Below are positions 52,351 to 64,000 of a stretch of 64,000 bases of DNA, piece after piece. The position numbers were made by a program, and so were the translations under genes. This DNA comes from Camelus dromedarius (taxonomy: Eukaryota), in the NCBI RefSeq assembly GCF_036321535.1, contig NC_087444.1:24988001-25052000 (forward strand). Direction: 5' to 3'. A model generated the notes under the pieces. That model saw only the letters and a list, made by a program, of their open reading frames with translations, was not told the DNA's origin and did not search any database. The first letter of the stretch is position 1. Every line of letters starts with the position of its first letter.

Positions 52351-54660
52351 CAGCTCACAAGAGAACGTTACTCTGAACTGGTCCACATCTGCGTGTGTCC
52401 AGCCTTGGCCAGCTCAGCTGCGTCTGCCTGCAGTGGGCAGACCAGGGAGAGAAGTGGACTGTGCAATTTAGGGCAGAAAATACAAAAAGGAACTTGGAAC
52501 CGAAAGGTATCAGTCAGCCCATCGAAAATAAAATGCGTGGGCATATTATCTCCCAAGAGTCTTCCTTCATTAGGAAGAGGTTATATGAGGAAATTGGCTG
52601 TGAAGAAATGAGCCTTCAGCATATCATAGAGAGTACAGGTCTTAGAACACACTGATTGGGTTCAACGCTTGTGCCGATCCTGACAGAGTGGCCACCCACA
52701 ACTCATGTCCCCCCACTGAGACAGTTTCTGACTCTGTAAAATGGGGAACCTAGGGGAAAAACTATGTTTGTGTACACTTGTGAGAATATATGCACATGTA
52801 CACTATACACACACATGTGCAATTTATATACCTTCAGTGACTCCCTGACATGGGAGAGATGAGGAGATAGTGCAGGGGAAGGAACAGGATTTGATACCAA
52901 GCATTTGCTCTGCATACACATGTGGGTCTGGTGTACCCATAAATACAACATTTTTTAAAACAATTTTTAAAACAAATCTCCTTGCTATAAAGCAGCCTCA
53001 TTTCACACTTGGGGAGCACACATCCTGATAAGAGAAAAGACTTGCTCCAAGTCTCACAGAGGTCATGGAGGGATGGGGACAGGCGACCAAGACTTCAGAT
53101 GAATTTTAAGCTCTACTGGTTCGTATGACAAATAGGAACTGGAGACCCATTCAAGGATCTAATTGGCACAAGCGGGACATCACAGCCATGACGAAGGAAG
53201 CTGAGATGTTAGAGGAGGCAGGAGAGAAGGGGGCTCCCTGTAGGAACCTTTTCCCACAGGGAAGAAGGAAGGGGGCCTGGCCACAGCTGCGTCTGCCCTG
53301 ACAGAGGACAGCCTCTCCATCAGAGTGCCTTGGGTACATTCTGTAGCCTTTCTGGAACCATCTGTACTGGGGATTGGGCTGAAAATAGCCTCAGAATCAG
53401 ACTGCCATAGCTCCCTCAGTCTCCAAACTGGGCCCAGTTGGGTCTGTTTCTCTGGTACTTTTATAGAGCATCAGTTCAGACACGGCTGACACCATCCCCA
53501 CCTCGGGAGTGTTAGCTCCAGGGGGGGTGGGGGCGACCACGAGTCCACGGCCAAGGACACTGTCCAGCCCAGGGCACATGTGCAAGGATTCATTTTGAAG
53601 AACCGAAGGAAAGAGGTGGGAGCTGGCTGGGTACCTGAAGGAGAGCAGCGTTGGTGGAGGAATGGGGAATGGGCTGAACACCGAGCGTAGACCCAACTTA
53701 CTCCCACTTTGAACCTTCAGATGACTCTCCGCTCTGCCTCCCTGTCCACATGTGTGTGCAGAAGTAAACAGACATCCGTCACATACACCTATGTGCACAC
53801 CTGTGTACTCACACGCACAGCCCTGTAGTCTTTAGTACCTCCTCTATTCATTTCCTGTTTCTTAGCCAACAATCATGGAAACTAATTTACCTTATCAAAA
53901 ATGCAATTACTCAGTATCTTACACTGTTATTTATTTGACAGCCTTCTAATTTTCTCACTTTTACCTAATTTGACAGGGAATATTATAGACATAACTAGTC
54001 TTTCAAAATGACTTTCACAAGGTTAGTTCGCTTGTTAATTGACCCTCTGTGATGGAAATTTATGAAGCATATTAATTTCATCTGTCACTTCCAACACAAA
54101 GTAAATGTGGAAAATAGTCTATCTTTCATAAGGGACCTTGTAAAAGAAGTATGTCGGAATTCTTAATTAATATATGCATATTTTTTCAACCATTGATATT
54201 GTACAGAACTTTTATACCCACTCATCTGAAGCTCAGTCTCCCTTTTATAAATGTTTTGTTATTCCTTTATGATGAAGGAGAGACACCTTGACTGAGAATT
54301 ATTCTTCCAGGGATATAAATCACCACCTCAGAAATGAAGCAGCCATTTGTCTGGAAGGCTCTCTGAAGCCCACAAAGGCAAAGTTTAAAATGAAAGTCCC
54401 ACAGGAGTCATGCAGAGAGAGAAGACCTCCTTTCCAGAAGGAGGAAGCCAAGGCACTCATGAGCTACTTCATGCTCTTGGCAGACGTTCTCTGTGGGATG
54501 GAATCAGACACACCACTTGCCCTTTTCAAGAGAGGAAGGTGATGCCTTTAGAGGCTGAGTCAGAACTTAAAGGACATCTGCTGAAGACAGAGACCTTACC
54601 CTCTCGATCTGACTGATAGAGAGCTTCTCTGAACTTGCTAGTACCCCCAATTCTTAAAAA

Positions 54661-54782
54661 ATTTTTTTTTGCGGGGAAGTGATTAGGTAATTGTTTGTTT
54701 GTTTATTTTAATGGAGGTACTGGGGGTTAAACCCAAGACTTCATGCATGCTAAGCACACACTCTACCACTGAGTATCCCCAC
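54661..54782 (-). mobile_element. tRNA-Ala-derived SINE (Vic-1-like), more diverged
   Basis: Same body as the copies at 40.2 and 60.3 kb, plus the (AAAC/T)n-CCTAATCACTTCCCC-A tail. Confidence 0.85.
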
Positions 54783-56339
54783 CAGGTATCCCCAGTTCAA
54801 TCTCCACCTTAACTGTGGCAAAATCTCTTTGGGGCCTACCAGTAGGCAGGCGCTTGGTAGAAAGCTGTAAACAAAACAGACACAAGCTCTATGCTCCCGG
54901 GGCTCACACTCACGCAGAAGAAACAGCAGACTCAATAGAAGACAAAGAGAATTACAATACAGAGTGATAAGCACCGAGACCAAAGAGGGGTGGCTCCGGG
55001 GACTGAGGTGCAGTGAGGCGACAGGAGGGACTGGATCCAGGACACAGAGGAAGGGATGCTTTTTGGCAATCAACCCAACATGTCTTGGGCTGCTTCCCAC
55101 TTCTCCTCTGTCTGAACATTCTCGCCGTGGGTTCCCTGGAGCCTTCCCAGATTCCTGCCTCCTCCAGTCCAGCTTACGGATTTTACTCTTTAAGTCCTAA
55201 CATCGTAGTGAGGGCCTGTTCTAGCTGCAGCTCTAGCAAAGATGACCAGGCTCCCTCATGGGCGTGTGTTTCTAGAGTCTTGGTTCTTCTCCATCCTGTT
55301 TTTTACACAGCTCTGAACTTTCCACACCCTGGGGGTGGAGGCAGGAATCTCCTATCAGCAAGGGCTCTGTTTCTTCATCTAGCCAAAGCTCTTGCTAAAC
55401 TGTTGGCTCAGGAAGTCTTTACATGGACTTCCATCTTAAACCATCCAGGTTCAGCAGTAACATTTTCTTAAAGCCTTTTAAAGTAATAGTATCTTTGCCT
55501 TTGTGATCTCAACTGTCTTTTTCCTGCCATTTGCCTTGCACTGAAAAACTCCTACTCCTTTTATGAAGAGATTAAATGCAATTTTCAAGTTTGAAGGTTT
55601 TCTTATAGGACATCTCTGGATAAGACTAGAACCCTCTGTTGGGGCTTGAGATCTTACGAGGAAAAAAAAAAAGCGCCAGGATTGATTAAAGCTGAATTTA
55701 GCCTCATTATTTTTGTTTTCTCTGATTAAATAGAGAATTTTTACTTTCTGTCAAGCATCTTGTTAAATCCCCTAAAAGGTCATTCCTGGCTTTACGCTAA
55801 GCACAAAATACATAGGTTTGGGAAGAGAAAGGCTAATCTTTAATTTGACAGTAATGGTATCATAAGAGTCGGCGTTTTCTTTGTTAAAGTAGCGAAAAAT
55901 ATATACTGAATATTAATAAAATATAAAAAGTCTGTTAAGGCATATTTATGCCTGATTTTTCCACAATCTACTTAATAAAAGCATATTTCAGAGCACTTAC
56001 AATGAGAACCATTTGATTTATGATTGAGATAATCCATGCCAATGACTTACACCCAGAACCATTTTTAAAAAAAAAAAATGCAAATTATGAAGGTGGCATG
56101 CTGCAATGTCCTCATCAATCATAAAAATACATATTTTGAATAAGTGTTGAAATGTATAATCTATGCTTCACAGATCTCAGCACACGAGCACAGTCCCAGC
56201 CAGCACAGCACACGAATCATCAGAAAATAATTACTCCCTGGCCCTGATATTATCACATGATCGCAGCGCTAAAATGCCGCTCTGAGCAGTAACATTCTGG
56301 GGAGGAAAAAATTGCTTCTTCATTTAATCTTATAGACAA

Positions 56340-56371
56340 AAAGAAGAAGAAGAGGAAGAAGAAGGAGGAGG
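56340..56371. repeat. (GAA/GGA)n purine tract
   Basis: aagaagaagaagaggaagaagaaggaggagg. Confidence 0.85.
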
Positions 56372-57284
56372 CAGGTCGGGGAGTGTGTGAGTGTGTGTGG
56401 GGTGGGTGGGTATCTTTCCCTTCTCTCAAGGTTAACAGAAATACCTTTCACAATCCTTCTCACTTTTTATTAATAACGTGGCTGAATTGTGCCCCCGTAC
56501 CTTTCCAGACATGGAAGCAGTGTAGTTTTTAGTTTTATTTTTTACCAACATAATGAAACCTTGAAGGAGGAAATTCATAGTTAAATAAAGTTTTCATGGA
56601 CCAAAGGATTGGATGTTCCAATTAGAGAAATCATTTTAAAATGTGAAGTCAGAGCTACTTCGAAACCACCCACACATCCGTGGACTCGTACTTCTCATGG
56701 CAGGATGGAGGAATTTTGGCATATTCTTGCTACTTTAAGATTTGATCAGTTAAGAGAAAGTGATACAGGTTTAAAATGACCTTTCTGCTCCCAGGGGAAG
56801 GGCTAATAAATAAATAAATAAATAATGGAAAAGGGAAAAAAAAAAAAAAAAAAAAAACCATGCCGGGGATAAAACAGGCTGTGCTGACTCCCTGAGGTGT
56901 GCTTAGAATGAAAGTGAACTTGACCCCCCCAACGATGGGGCTGGCGGGGTCGGGGTCACCATTTTCACTCCCTGGACTCATCAGGTTCCAGCAGAAGTGA
57001 CTGCAAACCACACGTTACCACAGCTGCTTTCTGATGACTGGTAGCACCACCCAACTGTGGTTTGTATTGGGAGCTGAACTTGGGGCAGTTTATTCATGCT
57101 GAAAAGAACTTTAATTTGTTCCACTCTTCTCATTTTTGCATTACCACCTAGGGTCTCACAAAATAAATACAACATTTTGCTTTCTCTACTTCTTTTCACA
57201 GTTTTATAGACAGGTTAGAAATAGGGCTCCTCTTGCTTATGGAACGCTTCCCCAGTGCCAGGTGCTTCCTTCCACATTCTAGAA

Positions 57285-57491
57285 CCATGGTTCTCAACTG
57301 AGAGTAAGCCACCCCCAAGCCAAGGACAGGAGGCAGTATCTGGAGATGTTTTTGGTTGTTGCACCTGGGGCTGGCGGGTGTGCCTCGCATCTGGTGAGGA
57401 CACACACTACAATGCACAGGGCAGCCCCCCTGAGAAAGAATTAGGTGGCCCCAAATGTCAGTAGGGCCAAGGGTGAGTTTGAGAAACCCTG
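57285..57491. mobile_element. MER20, complete
   Basis: c.atggttctcaact...tctggagatgtttttggttgt...gcatctggtgagg...ccccaaatgtcagtagggcc...ttgagaaaccctg; perfect 8-bp TSD TTCTAGAA (57277-57284, 57492-57499). Confidence 0.92.
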
Positions 57492-60199
57492 TTCTAGAAG
57501 TGTCACCGAAGTGCTCGTATCAAAAACGCAGATTAGATAGTTTTATTCCTATGTTCCCGATTAGAACACAGAGCCTAAGAGGTCAAGAACTGCGGTAGTT
57601 GTCATGTATGGAGTAGCAAGACATGTGCTTGCATCTCCACTCAGTGCTTCACTGTGTGCTATTGCCTCATGAACACGAGCACTAAGTAGTATTAAGCCCA
57701 CTTAACAGATGAAAGAAAACGGAACAGTAATTGTCCAGGGTCACAGAGCTACTGACTGGCAGCACTAAGATACAAACTCTATTCTGCCCGGCACCAAATC
57801 ACAAGCCCTTTTCCCCATATCCCACCGAGTCAAGGTTATAGCAGTTAAGGGGCACAGCTGGGATTCAGGCTCAGAAGGCATAATTCCAACTTCCAGACTT
57901 TTTCCATGGTATCTTGTTGCCACACAAGGATAAACAAAACCCTCCCAAAACACATGACTTGTAAATACTCTGAGATTAGACCGAAAACTTCAAGACATCA
58001 AAACTCCAGGGTACACATTTAGACTAAAAGTTCCTTCCATAGGAAAGACATTAGACGGAAGGGTCCAAGCAGGGAGCTCTCTGCGGTCAGTAGTCCCCTC
58101 CTACACAGCTGGATGCCCACAAACAGATGTTGGTAAATATATCAAGGGATCAACTCACTCCTTGCTTCTGTTTGAACCATGCTTACATAGTGGGAAGTCA
58201 TCAGAAGCAGGACAGTCCTTTTGCCTTTGGGACAGGACACCTACAAATGAGTCAGATCTGATTTTATAAACTGACCTCACACAGGAGTGTTCTAGTTAAG
58301 ATGACAAAGGCTTGTGGGTCTGGGGGGATGCATAGCTCATTCCAATTACACACACTTGAGGCTTAAAGAAAAGGCTCCTTTGCAAAATATGCAAAGCAGG
58401 GAAGTTCTGCCATGAATAGAGTGCTTCAAGACTCGATGAGCTACACACACACGCACACACAGAGGGAGAAAGTGGTTGCCACTAAAGTGTAGCTCACCTG
58501 ATCTGCAGCTTCACCAGGGTGATTAAATCTTATGAATTCAATCACTAGCCTGTTAACCCATAGGATTATCTGCTTAGTGCCTTGCTTGTAAATATCACAC
58601 CCACTTTCTCCTTTGTGTGAGGCAAGTATTATCACCGTTCCTCATTTAAGTCAATAACATGTGCCAGTGGGCATTTATAAAAGCTTTTCATTTATCCAGC
58701 CAGCCAGTATCCTGAGAACCAATATCTATTATTTGACATTCACTCGACAGTACTGCGTCAGATCTAAGTAGCCAGCTCTTAGATTCTGATTTTCCCAGAT
58801 GCATTATCACTTTTATCTAAATCTCTAGGGAATCTTGGAAACCCAAGAAAAAACTGAAATCATCGCCCTGAGTTCCCTTCCTTCCCCTCAGGTCACCCGC
58901 TTATCCAGTGACCTAGTCCTGGTTCCAACTCCTTCTAGAACTACCAACAGGAACTTCACTTTCCAAGACTCTGATCCTGCCCCATGCTCCAATCCGTTTA
59001 GTGGGTTGTTCTAGATTGAACTCCCACATCCAGTCTCATGCACTCCCCTGCTTCAGACCCTTCAGTGGGTTGCCAGTTCCTTCAAGAAAAAAGCCACATT
59101 TCTTAGTGTGGCTTGTAGGATCCTTCATATTTCATCCTCTACCTTCTCCTCCAGCCTAACCTCCTATCACTGGTCTCTAGGCCGCTTCTACAGTTGAGTC
59201 AAGTAAGAGTACTTGGAATCTCCAGAATCACTGTGATCTTCTGTGCCCTCTGCTTTTGCACACCTGGAGACGGTTCCCTCTCCATCTCTAACAGTTATAG
59301 ACCAGATAGGTCCTATTCATCCTGTAATGCAGGCCAGGTCCGAAGTCTTCAGGGAACACCTTTCCTGGTAATGGTGAAGGCTTACCCGTCAGTCCCACCC
59401 AAGACGCCCATCCCAGCCGCCATGAGAATCCCAGGCCCTTGTATCCCCTCTTCTCTCTCTCTGATGTGGTCACACCTCCAATTGCTGCAGCCGCCTTGAC
59501 ACCAACCCAGAGCTAGTGTTAGACTGAAAGTGGCAGGCGCCACCATAGATAGAAAGATCTCTAATGGAAATTTTGAGCCACTCTACTTTACTGCACCTGG
59601 GAGTTTGCCCTTCTTCTCACCTCCCAGTGTGATGAAATTTTTCCACTCTTAGGTTTGTGTCAAGTTTGAGGTAGAGATTTTTTTCCTTGAAGCTAAAGCA
59701 TCTGCACTTCATTGCCTCCTCTGACAGTCCTGTTCTTCCCTCCACTAGGCTGGGGCCCCCCTCTGTCTTGCCTTACCTTTGCCTGTCCTGGCATTTATTT
59801 TGAAATTCTGTGTTGACTTGTCAGATTCCACTTATTAGGCTATGAATCCCCCAATATCAGGGACCATGATCTTATTAGTCTCTCCTCTCCTAGTTCCTGG
59901 TAAATGGCAGATATTTATAAAGCTTTGCAAAATTGACTTTGCTGAATAGCTACCAGGTAAGGAATAAGAGTTGGGAGAAAATGTATGTTGTGTCTTTTCT
60001 TACATTTACTCATTTTGGGGTATATAAGGTGCCCTGATTGTGCAGTGTGAAAAATACCTTCTTGACTTAAATTCTGGGTCTTGGCAAGTTGCATGAAAAC
60101 TTGTTTTTTAAAATTATATCTTAAAATTCATTTGAAATTTGAAATTAAAATTTAATCTCTGAATAGGTGATTGGTGTTGTTTTAACCTTATTTTAAAAA

Positions 60200-60475
60200 A
60201 ATCACTTTATTGAGGTAAATTGGCATAGAAAAGCTGTACATTTTTTTTATGGGGGCAGGTAATAAGTTTTATTTATATATTATTTACTTAATGGAGGCAC
60301 TGGGGATTGAACCCAGGATCTCGTGCATGCTAAGCATGCACTCTACCACTGAGCTATACCCTCCCTCTGAAAAGCTGTACATGTTTAATGTACGCAACTT
60401 GATGAGTTTGGAGATAAGTATACACTAGTGAAATCATCACCACAATCTATGCCATGAACATGCCCATCACCTCTG
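60200..60475 (-). mobile_element. L1MA/MB-like 3' end, host of the SINE
   Basis: ctttattgaggtaaattggcata[SINE]...tttaatgtacgcaacttgatgagtttggagataagtatacactagtgaaatcatcaccacaatc. Confidence 0.8.
60242..60368 (-). mobile_element. tRNA-Ala-derived SINE (Vic-1-like), full length
   Basis: Intact A box (TAGCTCAGTGG) and B box (GGTTCAATCCC), AGC anticodon arm; perfect 14-bp TSD GAAAAGCTGTACAT (60228-60241, 60369-60382). Confidence 0.93.
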
Positions 60476-61149
60476 GAAGAAGGAGAGGGGGGCAGGGGGA
60501 GGGGGAGGGGGAGGAGAGGACACCCAGTTGAGTGTACAAATTTTGAAAGTGCAGTGGATGACTTTTTATATGTAAACATGTATATGTGAACACTGCATAA
60601 ACCACGGTCTTTCCAACCACTACAGAATTTTAAAGTTTGAAACCTTATTTTTGGGGAGATTATTTGATTTACATTCACCCTGACATGAGCTCCGTGCCGG
60701 GAAGGAAGTGGTTTTGTTCAGCATCCTCCCCACGTGCTGCCTGGTATGGGTCCGAGCATGTAATACTTGCTCGTACATGTTTGTCAAACCAGCAAATGAA
60801 CTGGGAGCAAGACGTAGCCGACTCAGCCAGTAACCTGCCAGGGCTCAGTTCATCAGTCTCTAAATCTGAGATAACATCTTCCGTCCCTACTTCCCAGGTT
60901 TGAAAAACCTAACAGAAATATTGACCCAGAATATGTACAGCGCCAGCTGCAAAAACCCATAAAAATAATCTTTAAGTGTACATTTAGCAAGTGTAAATAG
61001 ATCGACCTCTTTCTTCATATCCCTAAACTTAAAAGTGAGTCAAAATGAGACGTTCCATGAATTGCCAGTACCTCGGATGGCAGAGTGTTTTCTGAGTTAA
61101 CTTTTTTTATTAAATAGCTTTGGTTTGATCATTAACTGTTAAGTTCTAT

Positions 61150-61680
61150 GAGAGCAGCACTGATCTCAAAGACGGTCTTTAATGACCTCAGCTTCTTGGT
61201 ATTTAGACCACCGGGTAATCTCCTCCTCCTAAGTGTGGGTTGAAACCAGTGACCTGCCTCTAATGAATAGAATCTGGCAAAGGGATGGAACATCACTCCT
61301 GCGATTAGGTTACAAAAGACTAGGGCTTCCATCTCACTGGTACTCTCTCTGTTTACTTAGTGGCTTGCACACTTTGCCACAGCAAGCTGCCACGTAGGAA
61401 AGGCTCACATGGCAACAGACAGACAGTGACCTCCAGCCAACACACAGCAAGAAAGTGAGGTTCTCAGCCTGACAGCCCACGTGGAACTCAATTCTTCTTA
61501 CAACCGTGTGAGTTTGGAAGTAGACCATTCTTCATTTGAGCCTGGAGGTAGCTGACACCTTCGCTGCAGCCCGAAGGAGAGCTGAGCCACACCCAGGCAT
61601 CTGACCTAAAGAATCCTGTTGTTTTAAGCTACTGAGTGTTGGGATAATAATTTGTTATGCAGCAATAGCTAACTAATAAA
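61150..61680 (+). mobile_element. MLT1F/G-like LTR
   Basis: agtgtgggttgaaaccagtgacctgcctctaatgaatagaatctggcaaagggatgg...gttgttttaagctactgagt...ttgttatgcagcaatagctaactaata. Confidence 0.82.
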
Positions 61681-62169
61681 ACTTCCACAGATTTCCAGGA
61701 CATCAGATGACAGTAATTGTGCCTGGCATATTCTAAGTTAGCCTTTTGGTCAATGGCTCAGGTTTTATCATTTGTCTGTAATCTTAATGAGAGCAGGATC
61801 ATAAACATTTTAATGACTGAATAAAGTGAGGGTCTGGCAAAGTGCTGATATACAGGAGGTACTTGGTAAATGTGCAATGAATGATGAATAATTAAGTGAA
61901 GCAAGATGATCTCTAGTGATGCTGAATGACATGCCAGAGAAAAGCAGGTGAGTGATGGGGCCCTCGGAGGAAGATGGTGGAGCCTCTGACAAAGAATGAA
62001 AAGAGTAAGAGTGGAGGCACAGAACCAAGTGAAGTCCTCGCCTCTGGGCTATGACGTGAGCCAGGAAGTTTACAACAGGGCAGCGCCATCTTGATGTACC
62101 TTCCTTTTGCAATTTCATCTCTTTTCCCCACAGTCTAAAGTGAAATCTTAAAGAACTCAAACTTCAAAA

Positions 62170-62500
62170 ATAAGGGAATAGTAAAATAAAGAGGAACATT
62201 CACACTGTGATGTACTCTGTGGTCATTAAAAATGACGGTATACATGACTTAGATATTATCACCATTCAGACTGGATAAAGCAGGTTGCAAAATAATGCAT
62301 AGGACATGATTTCATTTTGGTAAAAGTGTATGTGTGTTCACATACTAAACAGTCTGGGAGGAGATATACTGACAGTGCTTATGTTTTCCTGGTGGGACAA
62401 TGGGTGATTTTTACTCTTTTTATGCTTTTTAGAAACTTCTAATTTTTTTAACAACAAACATGCATTACTTTTACACTCATAAACAGTAAAAGTTATATAA
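62170..62500 (+). mobile_element. Decayed L1ME 3' fragment
   Basis: ggtcattaaaaatga...aagcaggttgcaaaataat...gggtgatttttact...catgcattacttttacactcataaa. Confidence 0.6.
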
Positions 62501-64000
62501 ATTTATTGCTAAATATATAAAACAAGGAAGATGCCCTAAAGATAACACTTCCCTGTTAATACTACTATTGGAAAAGACATCACATGGCGTAGAATGAAAC
62601 TCCCCTCGGATCCTGTAGCTGGAACATTCTCATGCAGTAGTCACTGGGTTTCATGCTGGGGCCATCAGGGCCCCTGAACCTTGGGTCCTTCCCAGTTCAA
62701 AGGTTCATCAAGAGAGATTGGTGCCCCTGATGTTTTAAAAGGTTTTCAAAGGAGGTCCAACTATCGTATGAGCTGCTTCCATGACAGACCCTTCCTTCCT
62801 GGGGATTTTTAAGTCCTCAGAAAGCTTGGCCTTAACTCTGGAAAAGTGATTCTCACTATTTTCTAGTGCAGCAGAATAAACAGAGGAGCTTGTTTAAGTT
62901 CTCTTTCCCTTTGTGAGGGATCAACTTTGTAGATTTGGGGCAGGACCTAGGAATCCATACTTTAACCCATGCACTCTGGAAATTTCAGTATCTATTGTCT
63001 AAGGGCTACAGATGGGAAACTACTTTCAAAAACTATCATTCTGCTTGGCTTGGATACATTCTAAGATAAATAATATTTTTATCTGTATTGCTGTCTTCCC
63101 TCTTTTTTCTTATTTTCACCAACTGCACAGACTGGAATACAGAAATATGCTTCCACAAGAATGGTCTGGATCTCAGTTTGAAAGTTTCAGGCACTTTAAA
63201 GTTGAGCTTTAAGGTCCTTCAATTAGTCTGTTTACTCCATTCCTTGGGCCACCTGTCCATCTATTCACCGCAGGGTACATGTTAAGCATTTACGTTCTGG
63301 GCACCGTGCAGACGACAGGACTTAGAAGGACCCACACCAAAGTCCAATTTGCCACTGCAGCCTCCTTGACTGCTCGAAGTGAGTCAAGTTCTATTTGACT
63401 GAAAGCCTGGCACACACTCCACTACAGCAAGTGCTCTCTCCAACATGTTGGCAGAGGCATCTGACTTCAAAATCTGGCGAGAACAGGGCTTGGTATATAG
63501 GAGGCATTCAAAAAAGTGTTCAAGGAAAAACAGCGTCCTGGTGCAGGGGCAGTGGGTCAGAGCTTTTTGAGAACAGTGTTTCTCGCATTCAGGCCCTTCC
63601 CTCAGATCTCCCTGCTTTTAGTCACACATTTCCTCACATCCTGTCAGTTCTATCGCAAGGAAAACAGCTCCTCAGCCCACCAGGCATCCTTCCTCCTTCC
63701 TTCCGTCTACCCCAGAGCTATTTCCCAAACACATCTCTGAGTTCATCACTTCTTTATTTAGGAAGCCTCCAGTGGCTCCCTATTTTCTCCAGTAATTGTT
63801 CTCAATTTGTGGAATATTCCAAACCTTCATAAAACTGGGTTCCATCATGCTGATACACAAAGGACCCTTTCCCCCAGGACAAGGTACATTCACGTATTAT
63901 TGGGACTAAATTCAATCTGCTGTTGGACTTAGCTGGAATAAGTTGCTGAATATTCAAATGATAGTAAGCTTGGTTAGCATATAGTTCATTACAAAACCAT

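Larger units (their letters stand above)
20983..64000 (-). other. CDH13: Partial CDH13 intron upstream of the exon (equivalent to intron 5)
   Basis: No other cadherin-like coding segment recognised; repeat-rich; CDH13 is known to have very large introns. Confidence 0.85.

Noticed and set aside
60292..60368. tRNA-Ala gene (also at 40.2 and 54.7 kb)
   Set aside because: A-rich tails, TSDs, an imperfect acceptor stem and multiple diverged copies indicate SINEs.
1..64000. CRISPR array, operon or other novel multi-gene system
   Set aside because: Eukaryotic intronic DNA with no regularly spaced repeats, no gene-dense segment and no long ORFs.

Overview
Mammalian genomic DNA, most likely camelid (three tRNA-Ala-derived SINEs resembling Vic-1). 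The window lies inside the cadherin-13 (T-cadherin, CDH13) gene on the minus strand. Only one coding exon is present (20838-20982, 145 nt, equivalent to human exon 6). The rest is intron, largely filled with eutherian repeats: L1, L2, MIR, CR1/L3, MaLR/ERVL LTRs and hAT MITEs. Apart from that exon and decayed L1 ORF2, the listed ORFs look like chance ORFs. The most notable structures are two TSD-bounded L1 insertions carrying extra non-L1 sequence with their own AATAAA and poly(A) (30724-32419 and 36315-36751), i.e. probable 3' transductions or chimeras. The first sits in a four-level nested TE stack. I see no evidence of a novel multi-gene system. Repeat family names come from recalled consensus sequences, and old-repeat boundaries are approximate unless a TSD is given.
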